Shown here in pieces: positions 1-10,163 of a stretch of 64,000 nucleotides of DNA. The translations under genes and the position numbers were made by a program. The notes under the pieces were generated by a model. That model had not been told where the DNA came from. It did no database searches and saw nothing but the letters and a program-made list of their open reading frames with translations. The DNA lies in contig CAVTTN010000002.1 in NCBI GenBank assembly GCA_963737655.1, positions 1,824,001 through 1,888,000 on the forward strand. Reading direction: 5' to 3'. The stretch's first letter is position 1; every line of letters begins with the position of its first letter. Source of the stretch: an uncultured Planctomycetota bacterium. GTDB taxonomy: Bacteria; Planctomycetota; Planctomycetia; Isosphaerales; Isosphaeraceae.

Positions 1-722
1 GCGAGGTCCTGCAGAACGCCGTGGCCTTCCGGCCCACCGGCGTGACCCAGTACTGCCAGACCTGGCAGCACCCGGTGCAGGTCAGCGGGTCGCTCCAGTC
101 CTCGCTCGGCTACCAGGCGGCCCAGGGCGCCCGGACCCCGTTCGAGCAGACCAAGATGGACGCCCTCCAGAATCTCATGGACGACATGGAGTATTCCTCC
201 TACTACGGCCGGGGTGAGGATCCCAGCATCTCGGGCCGACCGAAGCAGAAGGGCGTGCGGACCCTGGTCACCCCGAACCTCACGACGACCCCGACCAACG
301 CCGGCGCCTACAAGCCGACGGACCTGATCCGCGACACGCTCGAGAAATGCCGGATCGGCGGCGGCGACCCGGACGTGCTGATCGTCTCGACGAACTTCAT
401 GACCGGCCTGGCCACCTGGGGCCACGCCGCCCAGAGGATCAACGCCGGGACGAACGTCTTCGGCACGCCGATCGACGTCTTCGAGGCGCCGTTCCTCGGC
501 GGCGTTTCGCTGATCGAGGCCCCGCTGCTCAAGCCGTTCACCGCCATCTGCCTGACCTCCTCGGAGGTGAGGATGAGGATGAAGCGGAACGAGTTCTGGA
601 ACCCGCGAGGTATCCGCGGCGACGCCCTGGAAGGGGACTGGATCGCCGAGGGGGCCGTCGAGGTGGACAACCCGTCGCACCACGCCTGGGTCGAGGGGAT
701 CACGGCGTTCTCGGCGACCTGA
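1..722 (+). CDS. Phage major capsid protein-like (DUF5309/SU10-type), 5'-truncated by the window
   Basis: Frame is open from position 3. Pattern QYCQTWQHPVQVSGS...DMEYSSYYG...GVR...FGTPI..FEAPF...GDALEGDWIAEGAVEVDNP resembles DUF5309 HK97-fold capsids. Confidence 0.7.
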   Translation, partial: EVLQNAVAFRPTGVTQYCQTWQHPVQVSGSLQSSLGYQAAQGARTPFEQTKMDALQNLMDDMEYSSYYGRGEDPSISGRPKQKGVRTLVTPNLTTTPTNAGAYKPTDLIRDTLEKCRIGGGDPDVLIVSTNFMTGLATWGHAAQRINAGTNVFGTPIDVFEAPFLGGVSLIEAPLLKPFTAICLTSSEVRMRMKRNEFWNPRGIRGDALEGDWIAEGAVEVDNPSHHAWVEGITAFSAT

Positions 723-819
723 TCGAGGGCGTCTCGATCGTCCGACCGCCCCGGGCGAGGCCGGCGCCCGGGGCGGCCGCTCCAGTCCCGTCCCCTGTCC
801 TCGATGAGGTGTCCTCACC

Positions 820-1166
820 GTGATCGGCTACCAGTTCCCCGGATATCCCCCGTATCTCGAGGCCGCCGTGACGGGAATGGGCCGGCCCGTGTCGGAAGCG
901 ACGGCGAGGCGGTCGTCGGCCCTGGCGGCGGTCTCGAACCTCTGTGCTCAGGCTTCGCTGGCCCCATCGGGGCACGTCGCGGGCATCCTGGCCGAGGCGG
1001 AGGCGCTGCGGGATGGCCTCGAAGCCGCACTCCGGGCTGCTGACCTGATGCTGGCCGACGTCCGGCAAAGCCGGGGGGGACGGTCCCGTCGTCGGGCCGG
1101 CCTTCGCCGCCTTGCGAGACGAAGTCCCCACGCCGGGCCCCGGGCCCCGAATCGAGGAAGCCATGA
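820..1166 (+). CDS. Hypothetical phage-cluster protein (~115 aa) with an apparent frameshift in G7 at 1073-1079
   Basis: Coding-like start MIGYQFPGYPPYLEA. Adding one G to the run gives a stop at 1164-1166 that overlaps the next ATG (ATGA coupling). Confidence 0.5.
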
Positions 1167-1834
1167 CCTCCATCTCGTTCGCAACCGACGAAGACGTGGC
1201 CCTCGCCGCGTCGTCCGATTTCTGCCTGATTTGTCCCCGAGACCAGAAGCTGGCGTGTGGGACCGACGGGTACTTCGACCCGACCGATCGCTGGACATTG
1301 CAGTCCCCCTCGGCCGACTTCGCGGCCCTGGGCGTGACGCCGGGGATGGTCGTCCAGCTCACCGGCCCGACCTCGGCATTCCGCCCTCCGGGCGAGCTTC
1401 TGGTCATCTCCAAGGTGGCGCCGGGCTCGGCCACGCTCCGCCGCAAGGGCCAACTCGCCGGCTTGGGGCAGCCTCCGAGCCCGGTTTCCGGTCTGGTTGG
1501 CGTGGAGTTCCTGATAACGTCGCTCGTTCCCCAGATCGCTCGGGCCTCGGACGAGCTGGGATGCCAACTCGGCCTGGGCTCTTGCGCCTCGATGACAGGA
1601 CCGGCTCTCTCTTCGGGAGAACTCCGGGAACTCCGCGATTTGACCGTCCTGACCGTTATCGTCCGCCAGTATCTGGACGTTTGCCGCGACCCCGGCGGCA
1701 AGCCCGACGCCCTGGCTGCCAAGGCCGAGGCGGTCCGTGCCGAGCTCGACGAGAAGATGGCCCGGGCGACCGTCCGCCGGGGAGGCGGGACGGCCGGGGA
1801 AGCCCTGAGGTTCTCCTCGCGGATCTCTCGCTGA
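1163..1834 (+). CDS. Hypothetical phage structural protein (possible head-completion/connector)
   Basis: GAGGAAG before ATG 1163; typical high-GC codon usage; position downstream of the capsid. Confidence 0.6.
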   Translation: MTSISFATDEDVALAASSDFCLICPRDQKLACGTDGYFDPTDRWTLQSPSADFAALGVTPGMVVQLTGPTSAFRPPGELLVISKVAPGSATLRRKGQLAGLGQPPSPVSGLVGVEFLITSLVPQIARASDELGCQLGLGSCASMTGPALSSGELRELRDLTVLTVIVRQYLDVCRDPGGKPDALAAKAEAVRAELDEKMARATVRRGGGTAGEALRFSSRISR

Positions 1835-1931
1835 CGACCCTCCAGGGCAGGAGCGCCCCGGAGACTCCTCACACCAGGCGACGCGGGCCGAGGCTCGGCC
1901 AGCGTTCCGGTCCCTTCCGCAGGTGACCTTC

Positions 1932-3317
1932 ATGGCTCTTTCCGCAACCCAGGTCTGGGAGGTCCGCGCGACCGGCAACGACGCCAACGGCGGGGCCTAC
2001 AACTCCGCGAAAACCGGCGTCGCCGGGTCGCTCGATTATTCCCAGCAGGATTCCCCGCAGGTCACGATCGACAACTCGGCCATCGTCTGCACCACGCCGG
2101 GCGCGAGCTCCAACGTCCTCACGTTCACCTCGGGCTACACCCCCACCGCCGCCGACGTCGGCAACGTCGTCAACGTCACGGCCGGCACCAACGTCAACGC
2201 CGGCCGGTACGAGATCACCGCGTACACCTCGACGACCTGGACCTTGACCGGGGCCGCGAACCTCACGACGGCCGGAGGGGCCGGATCGGCCATCGCGGGC
2301 CGGATGGGCGGCGCCCTGGCCTCGCCCGGGGCCGCCGCCGGGGCCGGGATCGTCGCGGGGAACGTGGTTTATATCAAGTACAACGCGACCCCCTACGCGA
2401 TCGGGTCGGGGACCGCCAACACGTCCGGCAACCGGCCCGCCCCGGCCGCCCAGTCGAGCTGGATCGGCTACGTCGCGGCCCGTGGGGACGTCGCCCTCTG
2501 GGGGACGATGCCGAGCCTCCAGGCCACGGGCATCTCCTACGCGATCTTCACCGTGGCGGCCAACGACATCGCCGTCGAAGGGCTGGAGTTCGACGGCAAC
2601 AGCAAATCCGGCGTGTCCGGCATGACGGCGTCGGGTGCCTTGCGTTTGCGGGGCTGGAACTGCCGCGCCAAGAACTGCACGACCTCCTACGGGTTCGGCT
2701 CGACCGGCGTGGGCGTCCTGCACTACTGCGAGTCGATCAACAACAGCGTCGGGTTCTACCTCAGCGCCAGCTTCCGCCGCTGCGTGTCGCGGTCCAACGC
2801 CAGCGACGGGTTCCGGGTGGCCACCACGGCCACCTTCACCGAGTGCGTCGCGTACTCCAACGGCGGTGACGGGTTCGGCAACGGCTTCTCGGTGATCGCC
2901 TCGCGGTGCGCGGCGATCGCCAACACCGGGGCCGGGTTCAACCTCGACAACGCCCTGTGCGTGGCTGATTCCTGCATCGCCTACGGCAACACGGGGATCG
3001 GCTTCGCCTGCGCGACCACGGCGCGGCCCGACGTGAAGGTCTTCAATTCCGCGGCCGGGGCGAATACGGGCGGCAACATCTCGGCGAACCTCTCGGCGGC
3101 CAACGCGCCATTCGTCCTGACGATCGACCCGTTCGTGAACCGCGCGGGGCTGAACTTCGCGCTGAACAGCACAGCCGGTGGCGGGGCCTTGCTGCGGGGG
3201 ACTGGGACGGGCGCATACCCGGGCGGTTTCACGACAAGCTTCTCCGACGTGGGTCCGGCGCAGCATCAGGACGCGGGCACAAACTCGGTTTCCAACGGCT
3301 CTTGGATGGAGGGTTAG
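1932..3317 (+). CDS. Right-handed beta-helix repeat protein (virion appendage-like)
   Basis: Repeated C-x-(A/S)-x-x-N-x-G-x-GF parallel beta-helix units, C-terminal DVGPAQ motif, Gly/Ala/Thr-rich. Confidence 0.7.
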   Translation: MALSATQVWEVRATGNDANGGAYNSAKTGVAGSLDYSQQDSPQVTIDNSAIVCTTPGASSNVLTFTSGYTPTAADVGNVVNVTAGTNVNAGRYEITAYTSTTWTLTGAANLTTAGGAGSAIAGRMGGALASPGAAAGAGIVAGNVVYIKYNATPYAIGSGTANTSGNRPAPAAQSSWIGYVAARGDVALWGTMPSLQATGISYAIFTVAANDIAVEGLEFDGNSKSGVSGMTASGALRLRGWNCRAKNCTTSYGFGSTGVGVLHYCESINNSVGFYLSASFRRCVSRSNASDGFRVATTATFTECVAYSNGGDGFGNGFSVIASRCAAIANTGAGFNLDNALCVADSCIAYGNTGIGFACATTARPDVKVFNSAAGANTGGNISANLSAANAPFVLTIDPFVNRAGLNFALNSTAGGGALLRGTGTGAYPGGFTTSFSDVGPAQHQDAGTNSVSNGSWMEG

Positions 3318-3319
3318 AC

Positions 3320-4441
3320 GTGGCGGACAATACGCAGCTGGGCTCGGGGATCGGCGGGGACGTCATCAAGACCGAGGACGTGGGCTCGTACAAGCTGGCG
3401 GTGTCGAAGATCTACCTCGGCGCCCACGGCGTGGATGGCGGCCCGGTGACATCGAGCAATCCCCTGCCGGTCTCGGTGGGGAATTTCCCGGCGACGCAGG
3501 GCGTGGCCGGGACGGTGACGGCGAACGCGGGGACGGGGACGTTCGCGGTCTCGGCGGCGAGCCTTCCCCTGCCTCTCGGGGCGGCGACGGCGTCGAAGCA
3601 GCCGGCGCCCGGTTCGGCGGGTTCGTCGTCCTCGGACGTCCTGACGGTCCAGGGGATCGCCGGGATGACGCCGATGAAGGTGGACGGCTCCGCCGTGACC
3701 CAGCCGGTCAGCGGGACCCTCTCGGTGGGGAATTTCCCGGCGACGCAGGGCGTGGCCGGGACGGTGACGGCGAACGCGGGGACGGGGACGTTCGCGGTCT
3801 CGGCGGCGAGCCTTCCCCTGCCTCTCGGGGCGGCGACGGCGTCGAAGCAGCCGGCGCCCGGTTCGGCGGGTTCGTCGTCCTCGGACGTCCTGACGGTCCA
3901 GGGGATCGCCGGGATGACGCCGATGAAGGTGGACGGCTCCGCCGTGACCCAGCCGGTCAGCATCTCGGGGACGCTCGCGACCAACTCGAGCCTGATCGTC
4001 GGCGGTCTGGCGGTCTCGGCCGGCAACCCGATCCCGGTGGCCAACACGAACCCATTGCCGGCGGGCACGAGCCTGATCGGAGCGGTGATCTCGTCGCTGA
4101 CAACCGGGGCGATCTACAACGGGGTGACGGCCCTCACGCCACAGTTCGCGCCGATCTCGGCCTCGGCCTCCGGGGACAACACCGTGGTCGCGGCCGTGGC
4201 TGGCAAGAAGATCCGAGTCCTGAAATACACGATCCTTGCCAACGGGACGGTGGCGGTCAAGTTCCGCTCCCCCTCGGTGGCGGATCTGACCGGGCTGATG
4301 ACCCTGGGGACGAACTCGGGGGTTGGGGGCGCGTTCTGCCCAATCGGCCTGTTCGAGACGGCCGCCGGAGACCCTCTGATCGTGAACCTCTCCGGGGGGA
4401 CCGGCGGGGTGGCGGGGCACTTGACATACGTTCAGGTATAA
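3320..4441 (+). CDS. Phage-like structural protein with an internal 83-aa tandem duplication
   Basis: GGAGGG before GTG 3320; SSNPLPV motif and beta-strand-rich repeats typical of virion decoration/fibre proteins. Confidence 0.65.
   Translation: MADNTQLGSGIGGDVIKTEDVGSYKLAVSKIYLGAHGVDGGPVTSSNPLPVSVGNFPATQGVAGTVTANAGTGTFAVSAASLPLPLGAATASKQPAPGSAGSSSSDVLTVQGIAGMTPMKVDGSAVTQPVSGTLSVGNFPATQGVAGTVTANAGTGTFAVSAASLPLPLGAATASKQPAPGSAGSSSSDVLTVQGIAGMTPMKVDGSAVTQPVSISGTLATNSSLIVGGLAVSAGNPIPVANTNPLPAGTSLIGAVISSLTTGAIYNGVTALTPQFAPISASASGDNTVVAAVAGKKIRVLKYTILANGTVAVKFRSPSVADLTGLMTLGTNSGVGGAFCPIGLFETAAGDPLIVNLSGGTGGVAGHLTYVQV
3471..3961 (+). repeat. In-frame tandem duplication, 249-bp period (copies 3471-3712 and 3720-3961)
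   Basis: Both copies read TCTCGGTGGGGAATTTCCCG...CAGCCGGTCAGC and are identical by eye. Confidence 0.95.
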
Positions 4442-4443
4442 TC

Positions 4444-4548
4444 ATGGGATTCATTCTCCTGCTCATGGCCGCGCTGACGCGGCCCGACGGCGCCCCGGTC
4501 CGGCGGCGTTGGTACCCCGGTCTCACTCGCCGTCACGGCGGCCGATAG
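4444..4548 (+). CDS. Small hypothetical protein (34 aa, MGFILLLMAAL...WYPGL..)
   Basis: Fills the gap between co-oriented genes; hydrophobic N-terminus and basic C-terminus. Confidence 0.4.
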   Translation: MGFILLLMAALTRPDGAPVRRRWYPGLTRRHGGR

Positions 4549-4561
4549 GAGGCGTTCGCGC

Positions 4562-7500
4562 ATGGGATCTGCTCTCGGCTTCTCCCCGGCGATGTCCGCC
4601 GTCCGCGACCACGGGTCGGGTCGGGCCGACATCCGCGACTTCGGTGCGGTGTCGTACCCGACGGGCACCCCGCCCACCGCGGCCGTCCAGGCCACCCGCG
4701 CCGCGTTCCAGGCGGCCATTGACAGCTTCAAGAGCAGTCCCAACGGGGGGGTTGTTTACGTCCCCGGAGGCAAGTGGTTCCTCGACCGCCCGGTCTTCTG
4801 CGACCTGTCCAATGTCGCGATCGTCGGCGAGGGGCCGTCGGCCAGTCTCGTCTACGCGACGACGGCCCACGATATGTTCGTTTATGGCGTTGCCCGCCAG
4901 CCCCAGGGGGTGGCCCTCACGGCCGACCACTTCGTCGATCTCTTCACGGGGGGACCGGGGGGGGCCTCGTACCTGGACTCCAGCGCCGTCAACGGCTCGG
5001 GCCAGCGCTGGGCTCTGCGGACCAAGGGAAACTGCCATATCGCCCAGCAGGGCGGGGCATTCGACACGGTGATGGGGACCTACTACAAGGGGCTCCAGGT
5101 CCTGACTGTCGAGTTCGCCATCGATCTGACGAACAATCCCGGCGCGGCCAACGGCTCGAATCAATACTCCGGCTTCGGGCTGAACGACGGCCCGACGCCG
5201 ATGCCCTGGCTCCTCGACATCGCTCGCGGCCGCTTCCAGGTTATGTTCTCGACGTCCGACAAGGTCTTTCGCCTCTTCCAATTCTACACCGTCCCTTCGA
5301 CGCCCGGGTTCGTCCGTGGGGCCTTCCAGATCGACCTGGCGAACGCCCAGGTCGCCGCCTGGATCAACGGGGTCCAGGTCGCCACGACCAACAGCCTGGG
5401 CTCGGGCTTCACTGCGTCGGCGGGCTTGACGTTCCTGCCCAATCAGATGAGCCCGTTCGGGATCGGCTCCAACGCCTTCGAGGCTAGCGTCGTCACCGAT
5501 TATTACGGCGGCCCCTCGGACCTGACCTTCTGCGGACTGAAGGTCAGCAGTGCGCTGCTGTACACGGCGGCCGGGGTGGGCACGGCGAAGACTCGGATCG
5601 ACTCCAAGACGGTCAACGACAACCTGAGGTACTTCACCGTCGAGACGTCCACGATCGGGCTGCTCCCGCTGACCGACGACCCGGCGATCTCGACCATCGA
5701 TCGGGTCCTCTCGATCCAGGGTTATTACCCCTACCCCAGCACCGGCTATTTCCTCGACAACGCGGGCCACGGCAGCCCCTGGGCGGGGATCAACGCCGGC
5801 CCGATCTCGGGCTTGTTCGTGCGATGCGCGAACGCCTACTTCGGTCGGTCGATCGTGACGGGCTGGACGGGGAGCCTCAACGTCCGGGGATGCACCCTCT
5901 GGGGCGGTAGCCACGCGATCGGGACACTGAACTTCGGGGCGAACTACCCGATCGTCATCTCCGACTGCTCGCTCTACGGGAGCGACGCCGGGATTAGCCT
6001 CTTCTACTCCTCGAGCGTCACGATCCGCAACATCCAGTTCCTCAGCCCTTCCTACCGGGCCGTCATCCGGCTCTACGAGAGCCACCTGGTCCGGGTCGAG
6101 GGCCTGTTCGTCGCCGGGTACTGCGCCCCGGACTACATCGTCTGGGCGAACAAGAGCGACCTCGATCTCGACCGTGCGAACTTCGACTTCGAGGGCAGCG
6201 ACCAGGGCCCGACGATCGCCATGATCTACGCCAGCAGCGACTCGTTCCGCACGATGTCCTCCACTCTGCGCCTGAGCAACATCGAGTGCGGCATCATCCA
6301 GGACTCGGCGGTCGTGATCATGCTCGACGACCTGGGCGTCGAGGACGGCTGGGGCAGCACTCCCAGCACGTTCTCGATGCGGGACGTCTACATCGAGGGC
6401 CAGGTCTTCCGATCCTGGGTCCAGACCAATGGGACGAGGTGGCGTGCGGAGTTCGAGGCCGAGAACGCCAGGCTCCGCCCGCGATGGGTGGAGAACACGG
6501 CCGGGGTCGGCTCGGTGGTGGCGAGGCACCCGTATTACTTGGGGCCGCCCCGTGATGGGACCTGGGACCGGAACGCGAACATCCTCCGCCCCAAGAACCC
6601 CACCGACGGCCAGTTCACCGAGTGGCGATGCCTCGCCACCGGCTCCTACGGGACCCCGACGCCCCCGTCGTGGTTCGGGCTGAGTCCGATCGATACGAAC
6701 GGGACGGCCCTGGCGGCCTATGTGTCGGACAACGCCTACTGGGCGTCCTCCGGGGCCCCGGTCGGCGCCCAGGGGGCCTTCTCCAACTCGGTCCACTCGA
6801 TGGGCCTGAATGCCCTGTTCGGTGGCTCGGCAACGACCCTGCCGTCGCCGCTCTCGATGGCCCTCAATGCCTATAAGGCGACCCGATCCACCTACCTCGG
6901 CGAGATGTCCGGGGGTGGGTACGCCCGGGTCCCTGTGCCGACGACGAGCTGGGGGGCGTCCTCGGGCGGGACCATGATCAATGTCCAGGCGATTTCGTTC
7001 CCCCAGGCCTCAGGGCCCTGGACCTTTGGGACGTTTACGCGGTGCCAGTCGCTCTGCCTTCTGGATCCTTCGAGCCACCCCATCGCCGCTGTCGATATCG
7101 CCCCCCTGACCGTCACGTCCGGGATGGCACCCTCCTTCCCGGTCGGGTCGATCACCATCGCCCCGGCGGTGGCCTCGACGCAGGGGGGATTCGCCACCAT
7201 CGTCCACGACATGCTGAACAACGCCTGGCTCCGAGGGACGCTCCTGGCTCCGCCGGCGGTGTACCTGGCGCTGTCCACCTCCGCAGCTACCACCGCGAGC
7301 GCCCCGGTTGAGCCGTTCGGCGGAAGCTACGCCCGGGTCGCCACGAGCCCGGCGAGCTGGACCTCGGCCCTCCCCGGCAACCTCACCAATAGCTACGGGC
7401 CGGTCGGCAACACGGCCGTTGTGACCAACGCGGTGAGCCTGTCATTCCCGGCCCCCACCGGCTCGTGGGGGACGGTCCAGAGCGTCTATCTGATGGATTC

Positions 7501-7615
7501 CTCCAGCGGCGGGAACGTCCTGGCCGCGGCCAACCTGACCATTCCCCGGACGGTCAAGGCCGGCGGCCCGGCCAACGCGTTCGCGCCGGGAGCCCTGTGG
7601 ATCTGCCGCTCGTAA
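4562..7615 (+). CDS. Tailspike/tail-fibre-like mosaic protein: Pectate_lyase_3-type start, LamG-like segment, beta-helix, two C-terminal phage fibre domains
   Basis: DIRDFGAV...AFQAAID...GGVVYVPGGKW start; two copies of (Y/M)xAL...GGxYARV...xSFP....W...xxxLxD near the C-terminus; AGGAGG RBS. Confidence 0.75.
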   Translation: MGSALGFSPAMSAVRDHGSGRADIRDFGAVSYPTGTPPTAAVQATRAAFQAAIDSFKSSPNGGVVYVPGGKWFLDRPVFCDLSNVAIVGEGPSASLVYATTAHDMFVYGVARQPQGVALTADHFVDLFTGGPGGASYLDSSAVNGSGQRWALRTKGNCHIAQQGGAFDTVMGTYYKGLQVLTVEFAIDLTNNPGAANGSNQYSGFGLNDGPTPMPWLLDIARGRFQVMFSTSDKVFRLFQFYTVPSTPGFVRGAFQIDLANAQVAAWINGVQVATTNSLGSGFTASAGLTFLPNQMSPFGIGSNAFEASVVTDYYGGPSDLTFCGLKVSSALLYTAAGVGTAKTRIDSKTVNDNLRYFTVETSTIGLLPLTDDPAISTIDRVLSIQGYYPYPSTGYFLDNAGHGSPWAGINAGPISGLFVRCANAYFGRSIVTGWTGSLNVRGCTLWGGSHAIGTLNFGANYPIVISDCSLYGSDAGISLFYSSSVTIRNIQFLSPSYRAVIRLYESHLVRVEGLFVAGYCAPDYIVWANKSDLDLDRANFDFEGSDQGPTIAMIYASSDSFRTMSSTLRLSNIECGIIQDSAVVIMLDDLGVEDGWGSTPSTFSMRDVYIEGQVFRSWVQTNGTRWRAEFEAENARLRPRWVENTAGVGSVVARHPYYLGPPRDGTWDRNANILRPKNPTDGQFTEWRCLATGSYGTPTPPSWFGLSPIDTNGTALAAYVSDNAYWASSGAPVGAQGAFSNSVHSMGLNALFGGSATTLPSPLSMALNAYKATRSTYLGEMSGGGYARVPVPTTSWGASSGGTMINVQAISFPQASGPWTFGTFTRCQSLCLLDPSSHPIAAVDIAPLTVTSGMAPSFPVGSITIAPAVASTQGGFATIVHDMLNNAWLRGTLLAPPAVYLALSTSAATTASAPVEPFGGSYARVATSPASWTSALPGNLTNSYGPVGNTAVVTNAVSLSFPAPTGSWGTVQSVYLMDSSSGGNVLAAANLTIPRTVKAGGPANAFAPGALWICRS

Positions 7616-7624
7616 GGGGGCTTC

Positions 7625-9274
7625 ATGGCACTGCGCATTCGATTCCAATACGGGGCTGGCGCCTCGCTCGGCGTCTCCATCGAGCGCCTGGCCGACGGCC
7701 TGTTCTACGACTTCGCTGCGACCGGATCGACGGCCGGCACCTTCACCGGCTCCCCGACGACCCCGATCCGTGCCCTGCCGGCCGACACGGACACGGCCCA
7801 CTTTCCCAATCGGTACCGGCTCAACGTGACGCCCACGTCGAATTCCGTGTTCCTGGACGGTGATTACTGCGTGACGATCCACGACATGGCCTCGGCCAAC
7901 ACGGTGGTGGCCGAGCTTTCGGCCGTCATGCACAACGGAGACGACGCCACGGTGATCCCCTCCGGGGCCGGGGCCGACCCGTGGTCCCAGCCCCTGCCCG
8001 GGTCGTACACCCCGGGCAGCGCGGGGTATCTCCTCGGCTCGAACCTCGACGCGAAGATCTCCACCCGCCTTGCGTCCTCAAGCTACACGGCCCCGCCATC
8101 AGACTATCAGCAAAGGGGCCAGGCGGTCGTGCTCCCGGCCGTGGCGCCGAGCTGGTACGTCCAGGCGATGTCACCGCCGACAGTGGCTCAGATCGTCTCC
8201 GGGGTCTGGGACGAGCCCAAGGCGGGCCACGTCCAGCCCGGCTCGTTCGGCTCGCTCCTGGACGCCTCGATCAGCTCCCGGCTGGCCGGTTCCACCGACA
8301 CACCGGGCACGACCACGCTCCTGTCTCGGCTCTCGACCTCGCGGGCCGCGTACCTCGACAACCTCAATGTCGGCGGCCCCGTGGCCAGCCATTCCGACGT
8401 CGCCGCGATCGGCAACAACACGCTCATCCGAATCTTCGTCCCCGACGTGGTCCAGAAGCCGGCCTCGGGCTCGACGGCCCGGATCATCTATCTCTACACC
8501 TACGACGAGCAGGGCCAAATGGCCACGCCCGATAGCCTGCCGACGGTCACCGTGAGCAACGGGGCCGGCTCCAGCCGCAACACCAACCTCACCTCGACGA
8601 CGATGAGCAAGGTCGCCCCGGGGCAGTATCAGACCCTCTATACCCTCAACGCGACCGATCCGACGGAGCAATTGCTCTGGAGCTTCACCGTCCTTCAGGG
8701 GGGGGTGGCTCGACAGTACGGCGGGACGACCGAGGTTGTGGACATCGCATCGGTCGATTTCAACGCGACGGACCGCGCGAACCTGAACTCCCTGGTGGCG
8801 ATGGCCGGGACCAGCGGCGTGATGGTCGCGTCCTCGTGCCGGTCCGGCTACTCGCTGTCTCCCGACGAGCACGCCGCGATCACCGCGGACGCCCTGGCCG
8901 CGCTGAACGCCTCGATCCCTGCCAGCCCGGCGTCGGGATCGGTCTTCGACCGGCTTGACGTCAAGGTCTCGACGCGATCGACTTACAGCGGAGGTCCCGT
9001 CGCCTCGGTCACCGCGCCGGTGACCGTGGGCCAGATCAACGACAAGACCGGCTACTCTCTCGCGCCGACCGGCCTCGACGCGGTCCAGGTCGAGCCCGGG
9101 ATCAACGCCCGCCAGGCCCTTGCGCCGATCCTCGCGGCTTGCGCCGGGGTGGTCAGCGGGGCAGGGACCGGCACGATCAGCATCAAGGGCGGCAACTCCG
9201 CCACGACCCGGATCATGGCGGCGACCGACGCCCAGGGAGACCGCACCGCGGTCGTCCTGACCCTGCCGAACTGA
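7625..9274 (+). CDS. Hypothetical phage structural protein
   Basis: Repeated LDAxISxRL and GY(S)L motifs, AQIVSGVWDE; operonic with the phage cluster. Confidence 0.65.
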   Translation: MALRIRFQYGAGASLGVSIERLADGLFYDFAATGSTAGTFTGSPTTPIRALPADTDTAHFPNRYRLNVTPTSNSVFLDGDYCVTIHDMASANTVVAELSAVMHNGDDATVIPSGAGADPWSQPLPGSYTPGSAGYLLGSNLDAKISTRLASSSYTAPPSDYQQRGQAVVLPAVAPSWYVQAMSPPTVAQIVSGVWDEPKAGHVQPGSFGSLLDASISSRLAGSTDTPGTTTLLSRLSTSRAAYLDNLNVGGPVASHSDVAAIGNNTLIRIFVPDVVQKPASGSTARIIYLYTYDEQGQMATPDSLPTVTVSNGAGSSRNTNLTSTTMSKVAPGQYQTLYTLNATDPTEQLLWSFTVLQGGVARQYGGTTEVVDIASVDFNATDRANLNSLVAMAGTSGVMVASSCRSGYSLSPDEHAAITADALAALNASIPASPASGSVFDRLDVKVSTRSTYSGGPVASVTAPVTVGQINDKTGYSLAPTGLDAVQVEPGINARQALAPILAACAGVVSGAGTGTISIKGGNSATTRIMAATDAQGDRTAVVLTLPN

Positions 9275-9290
9275 CCAGAGGAGGCCGCCT

Positions 9291-9843
9291 GTGCCTTTGG
9301 GGAACTACCTGGCTTCCAGCTACTTTCCGCCGACGTATTACGGGGCGTCCGATCCCCCGCCCTCGGGCGGGGGAACGGGTTCCGGGCCGACCTCCTCGTA
9401 CCGGGACCGCGACGCCTTCGCCGGTCTCCAGGCGGCCCTTCGCGCCTCGGGACGGTTCGCCGACGTGATCTTCCCCGGCCCGATCGACGCCGAAGCCGTC
9501 GTCGGGGGCCGTTGTCCGGTGGCTGTGATCGATCCGGGTGAATGGACCGAGGCTCCCGACGCCACCCCGGGAGTCCTCCTCCGGCATGTGACCTTCACCC
9601 TGACCCTGGCCAGCCGAGCCGGATCGGCCCGAGACCGCTTCGAGATCCTGGATCGCCTCTCCGGCTTCGCTCAAAACGTCGTCGAGGGGCTCGACCCTCG
9701 GCGGTAATTGCCTCTCCGCCCTGACACAGCTTCGGGCCGGCAAGTACCAGCCGGCTCCTGGGCATCCCGAGCTCCGTCTGGTGCTCCAGGGCGGATTCAG
9801 TTACCCGGTGGCCTCGGCCAACGGGCACGACACGTCCCCCTGA
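9291..9843 (+). CDS. Putative tail-completion/terminator-like protein with an apparent frameshift at 9695-9697
   Basis: GAGGAGG RBS. Removing one C from CCC extends QNVVEGLD into LGGNCLSALTQLRAGKYQ...LRLVLQGGFSY..*, ending at 9843. Confidence 0.55.
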
Positions 9844-9885
9844 CCGGCCGGCCGGCCGCGCCGGCGCCCCTGGGAGCCCTATGCC

Positions 9886-10125
9886 ATGACGCTCGTCCGC
9901 CTCGGCCAAGTCATCGTCAACTTCGACCTGGTCACCCACGTCCGGGACATGTCGGCCCCTGGCGCCGCGACCTCTGGGCCGTTTCTCGTCGAGTTCGTTC
10001 GGGGCCACTCGATCCAGGTGACCGCCGCGGCGGCTCCCCTGGCGGCCTGGCTTGCCGGGCACCTGACAGACCTGACCCCCTCGCCGGTGCTGCCTGTCCC
10101 GGTGACTCCTTCTCCCTCCGCCTGA
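9886..10125 (+). CDS. Small hypothetical protein, last gene of the phage-like cluster
   Basis: GGGAG RBS, 79 aa, coding-like composition. Confidence 0.55.
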   Translation: MTLVRLGQVIVNFDLVTHVRDMSAPGAATSGPFLVEFVRGHSIQVTAAAAPLAAWLAGHLTDLTPSPVLPVPVTPSPSA

Positions 10126-10163
10126 ACCACGTCGGCGAACGAGGTCGACCTCGGCTGGAACCC

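Noticed and set aside
1074..1080. G GGG GGA as a programmed -1 frameshift in a phage gene
   Set aside because: The zero-frame product runs as low-complexity sequence across the next gene, and the window has many similar homopolymer indels; error is more likely.
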